In this document: one piece after another, positions 18,333-30,471 of the stretch
Layout of the letters: each line of letters opens with the position of its first letter
Numbering within the stretch: position 1 is the stretch's first letter
NCBI GenBank assembly: GCA_942491465.1
Contig: CALOBA010000038.1
Span: forward strand, 66,920-130,919
Source of the DNA: an uncultured Gammaproteobacteria bacterium
GTDB lineage: Bacteria; Pseudomonadota; Gammaproteobacteria; Chromatiales; Chromatiaceae
Length of the DNA: 64,000 nucleotides
Reading direction: 5' to 3'
Program-made: the position numbers and the translations under genes
The notes under the pieces: model-generated
The model's database searches: none
The model's input: only the letters and a program-made list of their open reading frames with translations
Told to the model about the DNA's origin: nothing

Positions 18333-19507
18333 CAGATCCCGCCCGCCCGCGCGGGGTCGAGGCCCAAGGCGACCAGATAGTCCCGCGCGCTCTGCGCGAT
18401 GCGGTAGGGCGCAACGGCGGCGGCCAGGTCCGCGGGGTCGGGGCGCTGGTCGAGCCAGCGGGCGATGCCCGCGGCCATGGCCGCACTGTCGCCGATGGGG
18501 ACCAGGGTACCGCAGCCACCGCCGGCCAGGACCTCGGCGGGGCCGCTAGGGCAGTCGGTGGACACCGCCGGGGTGCCGGCGGCCAGGGCCTCCACCAGGG
18601 CCACCGGCATCCCCTCCCAGCGCGAGCTGAGCACGAACACCCGGGCGCGGGCCATGTAGGCGTAGGGGTTCGGGTCGAAGCCGGGCAGGTCCACATCGGC
18701 GCCGACCCCGAGCCCGTCGGCCAGCGCCCGCAGCCGCCCCTGCCGGCGTCCGCGACCGAGGATGATCAACCGGCAGGCCCGCTGCCGGCGGACCAGGGCG
18801 AAGGCCCGCACCAAGGTCTCGAAGTCCTTGCGAAAGCCGAGCTCGCCGACGCCGAGGATTATCGGCGGCGCGGCGGCGGCGAACCAGGGATGATCCACCG
18901 GCGCCGCCGCCAGCTCGGCCAACCGCGGCGTGACGATGGGACTACGCACCACCCGCACCAGCGCCGGGTGGAGCCCGGCCCAAGCGACCAGATCGTCGGC
19001 GGCCCCCCGCGACGGCACGATGACGGCATCGGCACGGGGATAGAGGTGGCGGATCGATGCCCGCTGCAGCATCCGCTCCAGCCGGCCGCGATCCGCCAGG
19101 TTCACCGATACCGTGGTGCCGAGCCGCAGCGCCAACCGGGTATCCACCCCGGCCAGGGCCCGCGCCAGCACCGCCATGCGGTTGACCCGATCCTTGTCCG
19201 TCAGCAGCGCCGCCGGCCGCTCCCGGCGCAGCCAGCGCACCAGCGCCGGCAGGGCACCGTTGACATGGCGGCAGCCCAAGTCCACCGCCCGCGCAACGTT
19301 CAATGCGGCAACATCCACCTCCGGCCCATGCCCGCGCACCCGCAACAGATCGACGCCGACCCCCCAGGCATCGAGCTGGCCGGTCAGGTTGCGCACCACC
19401 CGATCGACCCCGCTGTGCCCCGAGGTCGCCGCGAAGATCGCAACACGCCCGACGCCGCGACCGTCACCCTGCGCACAGCCCTCATCAATGGGATTCCCGT
19501 TGGTCAT
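18332..19507 (-). CDS. glycosyltransferase family 4 (GT-B, group 1)
   Basis: Start MTNGNPIDE (ATG 19507). C-terminal VFVLSSRWEGMPVALVEALAAGTPAVSTDCPSGPAEVL is the GT4 E-x7-E region. The 5' extension to 19786 in the track is repeat read-through. Confidence 0.85.
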   Translation of the reverse strand: MTNGNPIDEGCAQGDGRGVGRVAIFAATSGHSGVDRVVRNLTGQLDAWGVGVDLLRVRGHGPEVDVAALNVARAVDLGCRHVNGALPALVRWLRRERPAALLTDKDRVNRMAVLARALAGVDTRLALRLGTTVSVNLADRGRLERMLQRASIRHLYPRADAVIVPSRGAADDLVAWAGLHPALVRVVRSPIVTPRLAELAAAPVDHPWFAAAAPPIILGVGELGFRKDFETLVRAFALVRRQRACRLIILGRGRRQGRLRALADGLGVGADVDLPGFDPNPYAYMARARVFVLSSRWEGMPVALVEALAAGTPAVSTDCPSGPAEVLAGGGCGTLVPIGDSAAMAAGIARWLDQRPDPADLAAAVAPYRIAQSARDYLVALGLDPARAGGI

Positions 19508-19513
19508 GAATGC

Positions 19514-19968
<455 letters not shown>

Positions 19969-20077
19969 ATTCATCATCACCCCCCCCAACGACGAATCAT
20001 CGTCGCAGCCATTACTAAGGATTCAAAAAAATGAGCATATCGATTCAACCCGCGAGCCGGACAGTCTGTAGGGTGGA

Positions 20078-20351
<274 letters not shown>

Positions 20352-20402
20352 CGCAGCGCATCCACCAATCGCCGTCGGTGGATGCGCTGCGCTTAATCCA
20401 CC
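20352..20402. repeat. REP-type palindrome (right part); its left arm, 20068-20081, is split off by the MITE
   Basis: CGCAGCGCATCCACC-N10-GGTGGATGCGCTGCGCTTAATCCACCC. Joining 20068-20081 to 20352 rebuilds GGGTGGATAAGCGCAGCGCATCCACC, the mirror of the right arm. Similar units at 22738-22765 and 27678-27711. Confidence 0.8.
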
Positions 20403-20440
20403 CGGCACCGCATGTGTTTCAATTGTTATCGAATCGCTAC

Positions 20441-21577
20441 TCACCGCGCATCCTCAAGACCAACCCCAAGCACCTCCAGATACCCCTGCACACTCCGCCG
20501 CAGCTCAAAGCGCGCCGCCCCGGCCCGCAGCAGCTCCCGCGACGGCGGCGAGCGCAGGGTGGCCGCCATGGCATCGGCCAGGGCGCGGGCGTCGTTCACC
20601 GGCACCAGCGGCCCCAAGGCGCCCTCCTCCAGGATCTCCCGCGGGCCGCTGGGACAGTCCGTGGCCACGCAGGGCGTGCCCAGGGTCACCGCCTCCATCA
20701 GCGCATTGTTGGCCCCTTCAAACAGCGATGAGACCACGAACAGATCGGCGGCGGCCACCAGCGGGAACGGGTTCGCCAGGTGGCCCACCAGATCCACATC
20801 ATCGGCCACGCCCAGCCGGGCGGCCAGCCGCTGCAGGCGCTGGCGCTGGCGCCCCTCGCCGCAGAGGATCAGCCGGCAGCGCCGGCGCCGCCGCAGCCGG
20901 GCGAAGGCGCGGATCAGGAGCCGGTAATTCTTGGCCGTCACCAGCCGCCCGACGCTGACGATCAGCGGCGCCTCGGGCCGGCCGATCCAGCGGTGCGCGT
21001 AGGCATCCCGAGACTGGGCCAGCAGCGCGGACCGATCCACCGGGTTCCAGACCGTGGCCAGCCGCGGGTGCGGGCCGGGCAGCGGGCGCAGCATCCGCCC
21101 CAGGGCCTCGGTCACCCCGGGGGAGATGCCGAGCAGCGCGTCCGCCTCGGCCAACACCCGCGCCAGCCGGCGCTGCCGAACCCAGGCCGTCAGCAAGCCC
21201 TGCTGGCGCAGCTTCGCCGGCAGGTTGGTGCCGACGCGGAACACCGTCCACGGCCGCGCCGGGCCGAGCCCCGCGCGACCCAGCAGCGCATTGGTCTGGT
21301 CCTTGTTGCTGAGCAGCGCCGCCGGGCGCTCGGCATCGAGATAGCTGGCGAGCTGCACCCGGGCACTGTCGGCGCGCTCGGCATCCAGGGGGAAGCGGCG
21401 CAGACCGGCGCGACCGTCCAGCGGCACCAGGTCCGGGTGCTCGCCGCTGGGCAGCAGCAGGTCCACGGCCAGGCCGTGGTCGAGCAGGCCGGTGATCAGA
21501 TTGATCATGACCCGCCCGACGCCGCCGGGGCCGGGGCGAAAGCCGAGCAGGGCCAACCGCGGTGCCGCCCCGGTCAT
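20441..21577 (-). CDS. glycosyltransferase family 4
   Basis: 378 aa. LFVVSSLFEGANNALMEAVTLGTPCVATDCPSGPREIL is the GT4 signature. ATGA overlap with the upstream GT4. Confidence 0.85.
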   Translation of the reverse strand: MTGAAPRLALLGFRPGPGGVGRVMINLITGLLDHGLAVDLLLPSGEHPDLVPLDGRAGLRRFPLDAERADSARVQLASYLDAERPAALLSNKDQTNALLGRAGLGPARPWTVFRVGTNLPAKLRQQGLLTAWVRQRRLARVLAEADALLGISPGVTEALGRMLRPLPGPHPRLATVWNPVDRSALLAQSRDAYAHRWIGRPEAPLIVSVGRLVTAKNYRLLIRAFARLRRRRRCRLILCGEGRQRQRLQRLAARLGVADDVDLVGHLANPFPLVAAADLFVVSSLFEGANNALMEAVTLGTPCVATDCPSGPREILEEGALGPLVPVNDARALADAMAATLRSPPSRELLRAGAARFELRRSVQGYLEVLGVGLEDAR

Positions 21578-22698
21578 GGCGCAGCCCCGAGCAGCAGCAC
21601 ACGATAGCGCTCGGCCACCCGCGCCGGCGCGAAGTCAGCGGCGCGCGCGCGCAGCGCATCGGCAGATACGCCGGGGGCGCGCAGTTCGGCATCGATGGCT
21701 GCCGCCAGCGCCGCCGGGTCCCCGGGTGGCACCAGCGCGCCGAGGGCGCCGTCGCGCAGGATCTCCCGCGGACCGCTCGGGCAATCCGTCGACACCACCG
21801 GCGTGCCCGTCGACATCGCCTCCACCAGCACGTTGCCGAACCCCTCCCAGTCCGACGACAGCACAAACAGCCGCGCCCGCGCCATCTGCGCGCGCGGATT
21901 GGCCACAAAGCCCGGCAGCGCCACCCGCTCGGCCACGCCCAACTCGGCGGCCAGCCGCAGCAGCGGCCCGCGGTCGCCGCCCTCGCCCAGGATCACCAGC
22001 CGCGGCGGGGGCGTTGTCGCAACCAGCGCCAAGGCCCGCAGCAGCGTCGCGAAGGCCTTCTGCCGGGTCAGCCGCCCGACACCCAAGATCACCGGCGGCC
22101 CGTCGTCGGCGAGCCACGGATGCGCCGGCGGCCCGCCCGGCTCCGTGGTCACCACCGGGTTGTGGATCACCTGCAGTCGCCCCGGCGGCAGCGGCACCAA
22201 TGCCGCCAGATCCGCCGCCACGCCGGCGGAGACGCAGATCACGCCATCGGCGCGCGGATACCAGCGCCGCATCGCCCGCAGCCGCCCCCAGCGCCGCAGC
22301 GGCCCCATCTCCTGGAGCCCCGCGCTCGACGCATTGTGCACGCCGAGCAGGATGCGCGTCGCCGCCCCCTCCGCGCCCCGGTCGGCGGCACAGCGCGCCG
22401 CCAGCAGATTCGCCCGATGCCCGGCGGCCAGCAGCGCCCGCGGACGCTCCCGGCGCAGATAGGCGCGCAGCATCCCGAGATGCCGCCGCCGACCACCGAC
22501 CCCCAGGTTGCATACCCCCAGCCGCGGATCGAGCCCCGGCACCAGCAGCCGCGGGTCCTGCGGCGCGAACGTCACCAGCGTCACCTCCAGCCCCAGGGCG
22601 CACAGGGCCGCACCCAGCGCCCCCACCACCGGCGTAATCCCACCATGCCCGGCCCCACCACCACGGCCAAGAGGACTAAACAAGGCAATATCGGTCAT
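21574..22698 (-). CDS. glycosyltransferase family 4
   Basis: Start MTDIALFSPLGRGGG (ATG 22698). LFVLSSDWEGFGNVLVEAMSTGTPVVSTDCPSGPREIL signature. Confidence 0.85.
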   Translation of the reverse strand: MTDIALFSPLGRGGGAGHGGITPVVGALGAALCALGLEVTLVTFAPQDPRLLVPGLDPRLGVCNLGVGGRRRHLGMLRAYLRRERPRALLAAGHRANLLAARCAADRGAEGAATRILLGVHNASSAGLQEMGPLRRWGRLRAMRRWYPRADGVICVSAGVAADLAALVPLPPGRLQVIHNPVVTTEPGGPPAHPWLADDGPPVILGVGRLTRQKAFATLLRALALVATTPPPRLVILGEGGDRGPLLRLAAELGVAERVALPGFVANPRAQMARARLFVLSSDWEGFGNVLVEAMSTGTPVVSTDCPSGPREILRDGALGALVPPGDPAALAAAIDAELRAPGVSADALRARAADFAPARVAERYRVLLLGAAP

Positions 22699-22734
22699 CG
22701 TCGATGGATCTGGAACGCGCTGTTGGTAAAGGAA

Positions 22735-23610
22735 AAGGGTGGATAAGCGCAGCACATCCACCGCCGGCGCTGGCGCACCGCTGCGGAAGTCCTGAGACCG
22801 TTCCCAACCTCACCTCGCCTGCTGACCCGTGTCGGCCTGGAGGTCGACACTCCCGGGTCGAAACTCCCTCGCCGACGCCCCCGCCGCGGACCGCATTGGA
22901 AGAAGCGGCCGGGTGCCCCCGGGAGGGTCGCCCTCCAGGGCGACCCGTATTCGCCGCGGACGGCGAACGGCATCAGGACCTCTGCATCCAAGGCGATTGC
23001 CGCTCGAAGATGCGCCCGGAAGGGTACAGCAATCCGTCACCGAAACGCCATGCAGTTGGAGCCACGGCCCGCCGCGAAGCACCAGGCCGGCTTGGTAGTG
23101 GAGGTCTTCCTGCCAGCGCACCTAGGCGCGGCGCTCGGTCTCGGGGAGCTTCATGATGTCCAGCTTGGTCTCGGCCTCGCCGGGGTGCTCGACCAGGGTC
23201 TTGGACAATGCCGTTAAGTTAAGCCGTGGGAGCGGTTTCCAGCCGCGACGCTCTGCGCGCGAGCCGAGTCGCGGCTTGAAGCCGCTCCCACAGGTGCCGC
23301 CGGTCTCGTCAGTTTCGCGGCAAAGCCCTAGGCTGTCCAAGTCCGTCGATCCAGCCGACCATCCTCCGCCTGGCATTTGGCTTTTCGCCTACGGGGCGAT
23401 TGCCGGAAGAAGCACGCACCGGTACACCGCTTGCTTACGGCAGGCCGGCTGAGGCTCGGTGTCCGGGCAGCCCTTTCGGCGCGTCGGGGACGATCGCTAC
23501 TTTTTGGAACTCCGCAACACGCGAAAGACACGGAAGGGTTCAGCGGCGAGCCACGGGGGGACTGATGTATCCTTGGGCCTGCGTCCCATCCTGTATTTCG
23601 GTCCTAACCG
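22735..23610. repeat. ~0.9-kb intergenic patchwork of REP/MITE fragments
   Basis: Contains a REP unit (22738-22765), a segment homologous to 30250-30362, a family-D unit (23206-23293), a solo family-A terminus (TTCGCGGCAAAGCCCTAG about 23313-23331) and family-C terminus-like GGCGATTGCCG motifs. Confidence 0.7.
23206..23293 (+). repeat. REP-like palindromic unit, family D
   Basis: CAATGCCGTTAAGTTAAGCCGTGGGAGCGG.TTCCAGCCGCGAC...GTCGCGGCTTGAAGCCGCTCCCAC. Second copy at 30363-30446. Confidence 0.8.
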
Positions 23611-24565
23611 TTGAACGCTCGCCCGCCCCCCAACACTGCTCCTCAGGCCGACTGCGCGCCAGACGTCGAACCCCGGCTCGCATCCGCCGACACCGACCAC
23701 CTGCCCACCGGACGCTGCATCGGCGAGCATCCCGATGCCGCCCAAGCGCAAGCCGGCCCGCCGGCAGACCTGCTGATCGTTGAGGACGACCGCGACAGCC
23801 TGATGCTGCTGGAGGCCCTGCTGCGGGACGACGGGTTCGTCATCCGCACCGCCGCCTCCGGTGGCGAAGGGCTTGAGCGCTGCCGGCAGCGCGCGCCGGA
23901 CCTGATGCTGCTGGACATCGGCATACCGCCGCCGGACGGCCTTGCCGTGCTCCGCGAGCTGAAGGCGGATGCGAGGCTTCGGCAGATCCCGGTGCTGCTG
24001 CTGACCGGCCGCGTCGACCCGGCCAGCAAGGCCCTGGCCTTCCGGCTCGGCGCCCACGACTACCTGACCAAGCCGGTCGAAGAGACGGAGCTGCGGGCAC
24101 GCCTCAGCCACCACCTGAGCCAGGCCCGACTCAACCAGGGGCTCATTCGGCGCCTCGCCGCCTACCAGGCGCGCTTCGGCGCACTCGACGAGCGGGCGTT
24201 GCCGAAGGGCGCCGACGAGCGCGCCGCCGGCCAAGTGGCGCAGCTCTGGCGGGCGCGGGACCTCATCGAGCGCCACCTCGCCGCGCCGCGCTCGCCCGCC
24301 GAACTGGCCACCGCGGTCGGCCTGAGCCAGCGGGCGCTCGCGCGGGGCTTCGCCACGCTGTTCGGCACCAGCATCCACGGCCACCTCCGCGAGGCCCGGC
24401 TGCAGCGCGCGCGGCGGCTGCTGCTCGGCACCGACCTGCTGGTGAAGACCATCGCGCTGGAGGTGGGCTATCGGCAGACCGGCGATCTGACCCGCGCCCT
24501 GGTGGCCCGCTTCGGCGCCACGCCGACGCAGCTGCGCGAGGGCGCCGGTCGCGACGGCGCCCGCG

Positions 24566-24576
<11 letters not shown>
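23611..24576 (+). CDS. response regulator with AraC-type HTH output domain
   Basis: Receiver LLIVEDDRDSLMLLE...DLMLLDIGIPPPDG...LLLTGR...GAHDYLTKPV. C-terminal AraC HTH ELATAVGLSQRALARGF...IALEVGYRQTGDLTRALVARFGATPTQ. Start codon uncertain. Confidence 0.85.
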
Positions 24577-27431
<2,855 letters not shown>

Positions 27432-27495
27432 GGCCGTCGGCTCATCGCCGGGTCTCGTTCCTCAACCCAGCCTGCGCGCTGCTGGCGGATCGCGC

Positions 27496-27650
27496 CTAGT
27501 GCTTTGCCGCGAAAATTCCGAGACCGCCCGCAGCTGTGGGAGCGATTTGCAATCGCGACCGCCGCGACGCGGAAGTCGCGACTGCAAGTCGCTCCCACAG
27601 CACCGAGTGGGCATGCCGGCGGTCTTGGGACTTCCGCAGTGGTGCACTAG
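27496..27650 (+). mobile_element. MITE-like palindromic element, family A
   Basis: 155 bp, CTAG at both ends (CTAGTGC...GCACTAG). Near-identical to 37462-37616 and 53382-53536. Central near-perfect palindrome. Confidence 0.85.
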
Positions 27651-27677
27651 GCTCTGCCGGCGGATCGCGCCTAAACG

Positions 27678-27711
27678 GTAGGGCGGATAAGCGATAGCGC
27701 ATCCGCCCTAC
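27678..27711. repeat. REP-type hairpin
   Basis: GTAGGGCGGAT-AAGCGATAGCGC-ATCCGCCCTAC, 11-bp stem. Same motif class as 20068-20402 and 22738-22765. Confidence 0.75.
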
Positions 27712-27751
27712 GGCTTGCGAAACCCAGCATTCGGCATAGCGCCGAAGTGAC

Positions 27752-27893
27752 CCCTCAAACGCAACAACTCAGGCGCTCAAACGCAACAGCTTCTGGCGCG
27801 CGGGCAACCGCCTGTCGGTAAGCTCCCGCGATGGGGCCACGCTTGCGACCCAAGCGCAAACGCTCGCGCCCACCAAGACGCATCACCCATGAC
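27752..27893 (+). promoter_or_regulatory. conserved upstream module of PEP-CTERM gene 1 (candidate promoter/operator)
   Basis: About 140 bp paralogous to 29086-29224. The first ~72 nt are almost identical, including a 13-bp direct repeat CTCAAACGCAACA spaced 22 bp (27754 and 27776). Confidence 0.35.
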
Positions 27894-28094
27894 CGAGGCG
27901 CCGACGCCCGTTCTTGCTCGTGCCGGGGCAGAGCCCCGGCACGCCGTCTTGGCGGCTCTGCCGCCGGTGCGCGAGCGTGCGCTGCTCCGCGGCGGATCGG
28001 CGGCAGAGCCGCCAAGATCCGGTACCGAGGCGGAGCCTCGGCACCAGTGCCCAATCGGTCTCCTTCAAACCCATCCACAACCGAGGTGATCACC

Positions 28095-28826
28095 GTGAAA
28101 CCAACGTCTCTCGCGCTGTTCCTGTTGACCCTGCTACCTATTGCCGGGCAGGGAGCAATCGTTGCGAACTATACCTTCACCAACGGTGTTTCGAGCAGCG
28201 ACACCGAGCCCCTGACCACCGCGGGGGATTTCCTGAGCCAAGCGACGGGCACCTTTGCCAGCGAGTTTGGCGTGCTTGGCACCCCGGCAGGCGCGAGTAG
28301 CCAAGCCGATGCGTGGAATGCGCGCGCCAACCAGAATGCCACCAGCAGCTGGTTCGACTTCACCCTCGCCCTTGCGCCCGAGACCAGCCAGGTCAGCTTC
28401 AGCTCCCTCGACTTCACCGCCTATGTCTTTCATACCCTCGGCCTCACCACCGCGTTCAACTACAACCTCTACTGGGATGTGGACAGCTTTACCGACCCGA
28501 TCGCCTCTGCGACAGGCCCGAGCATCTCCGGCGCTGCTAATACCTCCGATAATGCCAGCCAAGCGCTGAGCTTCGACCTATCCGCGCTACCCGCCCAAAC
28601 GACGGACCTAACCTTCCGCTTAGATCCGGTCTTCGCAACGGGCTCCAGCACGAACGGCGGCGGCGCCGTCGAAACCAGTCAGCGTGGCGGCGCCGTGGAC
28701 AACGTCGTTCTCAACGCAACGGTGACGGCGTCCGTGGTCCCGTTGCCGCCGACCATCCTCCTGCTCGCGGCGGGCGGCCTGGCGCTCGCGGCCAGGCAAC
28801 GGGTCGGGCGCCGGTGCCGGGGCTAA
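28095..28826 (+). CDS. PEP-CTERM sorting-domain secreted protein
   Basis: GTG 28095 preceded by GAGGTG. Signal peptide KPTSLALFLLTLLPIAGQG. C-terminus VPLPPTILLLAAGGLALAARQR gives a PEP-like motif + TM + basic tail. Confidence 0.7.
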   Translation: MKPTSLALFLLTLLPIAGQGAIVANYTFTNGVSSSDTEPLTTAGDFLSQATGTFASEFGVLGTPAGASSQADAWNARANQNATSSWFDFTLALAPETSQVSFSSLDFTAYVFHTLGLTTAFNYNLYWDVDSFTDPIASATGPSISGAANTSDNASQALSFDLSALPAQTTDLTFRLDPVFATGSSTNGGGAVETSQRGGAVDNVVLNATVTASVVPLPPTILLLAAGGLALAARQRVGRRCRG

Positions 28827-28951
28827 CAGCGTCATCGACATCGGCGGCACACCCGGACGATGTGAAGTTTGAAGTGCCGTAGGCTGGGTTGAGCTTGCGA
28901 AGCCCAGCATTCGGGGGGCCAAGTCAGGGCTGGGTTTTTACTCAGCCCAGC

Positions 28952-29070
28952 CTACGCTCAAGCGCTGCAAACGCGACCGGCGCGAAGTCGTTGTCGTGGC
29001 GATCGTTGTCCGGTGCGGACCCGACAACGACAACGACAACGACAACGAGCAGACTTGCCGGCGACACTTA
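28952..29070 (+). repeat. hexanucleotide-hairpin element (subfamily 2, short)
   Basis: GTCGTTGTCGTGGCGATCGTTGTC - loop - (GACAAC)4 GAG. The right flank GCAGACTTGCCGGCGACACTTAGGCGC resembles the right flank at 53348-53373. Confidence 0.7.
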
Positions 29071-29085
29071 GGCGCCGCACTGCCC

Positions 29086-29224
29086 CCTCAAACGCAACAA
29101 CTCAGGCGCTCAAACGCAACAGCTTCTGGCGCGCGGGCAACCGCCTGTCGGTACGCTCCCACGTTGCATCCACGCTTGCGCCCCGAGCGTAAACGCTCGC
29201 GCCCACCAAGATGACTCACCCACA
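29086..29224 (+). promoter_or_regulatory. conserved upstream module of PEP-CTERM gene 2
   Basis: Paralog of 27752-27893 with the same CTCAAACGCAACA direct repeat. Lies ~30 nt upstream of ATG 29253. Confidence 0.35.
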
Positions 29225-29252
29225 CCCACCTACCACGTCGAGACCAGCAACC

Positions 29253-29828
29253 ATGATCAACACAAGAACCTCCTCCCTGCGTCGCCACGCCCTCGCCGCC
29301 GGAGCGGCACTGCTGCTGGGCTCCGCCGCGGCCCCCGCGGCGATTGTCACCATCGACTTTCCCGCCGGCAACGTGGAGACCTTCGATCTCAGTGCCGGCG
29401 GCGCGACCGTGTCGTTCTTCAATGTGGCGCCGCGCTCGAACTTCCTCAGGAACCCCAGCGGGCTGGGATTTGGCCCGACCGGAGTCAACACTACGTCGTT
29501 CGACTTCGTCTTCGATCAAGACGTCGAACTCCTCTCCTACACCGGGTCGATCGGTTCCGGCACGCCAAACTTCGATATCAACGGACTGGGTGTCTCGTCC
29601 TTGGGCACTGCAGCGGCCAGCGGCGACTTCGCGGGGCAGCCACTGTCGCTGACCAGTGGAGAGACCTACACCCTATCCCTCAGTTCCGGCGGGAGTGGTT
29701 TCCGTTACTTCAAGAGCTGGACGTTCGATGTCGACACGGGGCCGACGCCGGCCCCTGCGCCCGCTCCGCTGGCGCTCCTGCTGACCGGCGTGGGCGCGCT
29801 CGGCTGGCTGCGGCGTCGCCGCAGCTAG
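29253..29828 (+). CDS. PEP-CTERM-like sorting-domain secreted protein
   Basis: Start MINTRTSSLRRHALAAGAALLLGSAAAPA. C-terminus PAPAPLALLLTGVGALGWLRRRRS (Pro-rich motif + TM + Arg tail). ORF opens at 29211. Confidence 0.6.
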   Translation: MINTRTSSLRRHALAAGAALLLGSAAAPAAIVTIDFPAGNVETFDLSAGGATVSFFNVAPRSNFLRNPSGLGFGPTGVNTTSFDFVFDQDVELLSYTGSIGSGTPNFDINGLGVSSLGTAAASGDFAGQPLSLTSGETYTLSLSSGGSGFRYFKSWTFDVDTGPTPAPAPAPLALLLTGVGALGWLRRRRS

Positions 29829-29930
29829 TCAAGGTTCAGAAACAAGTGGTGCAGACGCAACCACGAAATGGCCAATCAAAAGGTTCAGCGAGCGGGCGTC
29901 TGCGCCACTTGTTTCTGAACCGATCCTAAG
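29825..29930 (+). mobile_element. MITE, family B
   Basis: 27-bp terminal inverted repeats GGTTCAGAAACAAGTGG(T/C)GCAGACGC. CTAG / CTAAG at the ends. The TAG stop of the upstream gene lies within the left CTAG. Confidence 0.85.
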
Positions 29931-30177
29931 CCGGGCCCTGCGCCATTCATCGCGGCACCCGTCGGTGCCGCGCGGCGATGTGTCCAGATCGCGAAGCTGT
30001 CGCTTCGCGATTTGGCACATCGCGCACCGCTGCCACAAGAGAGACTCCCTGCTGAAGTTCGCGCGCGACCGCGGGCGATGGCTGCACTGGCTGCTCGAGG
30101 CAAAGAAGCGCTTCGGGCTCCAAGTGCTCAACGTCAGGGTCACCTGCAACGTGCCAACATGCCGTGGCTGAGCACGA

Positions 30178-30250
30178 TGTAGGTGCGGCTTCAGCCGCAC
30201 AGCTTCCCATTGAGACGGGCGGACGCCGTGCGGCTGAAGCCGCACCTACA
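30178..30250. repeat. REP-like palindrome with 23-bp arms
   Basis: TGTAGGTGCGGCTTCAGCCGCAC ... GTGCGGCTGAAGCCGCACCTACA. Confidence 0.8.
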
Positions 30251-30362
30251 GCTGGCGCGCCTGGAGGTCGACGCTCCCGGGTCGACGCTTCCGGGTCGAC
30301 ACTCCCAAGGCCGACGCTCCCGCCGTGGAGCGCATTGGACGGAGTGGCCGGGGGTTCCCGGG

Positions 30363-30446
30363 CAATGCCGTTAAGTTAAGCCGTGGGAGCGGCTTCCAGC
30401 CGCGACGGTCGCCGCGCGAGCCGAGTCGCGGCTTGAAGCCGCTCCC
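30363..30446 (+). repeat. REP-like palindromic unit, family D
   Basis: Homolog of 23206-23293. Confidence 0.8.
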
Positions 30447-30471
30447 CCAAAGCGCTCCCATCGCTCGCTAA

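Noticed and set aside
23122-23376. 84-aa ORF in the repeat patchwork as a real gene
   Set aside because: Most of it is translated family-D REP sequence. Only the last ~27 codons look coding-like, so at best it is a fragment. It is noted under the patchwork finding instead.
27790-27810. Sigma-54 type promoter in the PEP-CTERM upstream module (TGGCGCGCGGGCAAC)
   Set aside because: The GG and GC dinucleotides are not at the canonical TGGCAC-N5-TTGC spacing and the -12 element is absent. I have left it as an unclassified conserved module.
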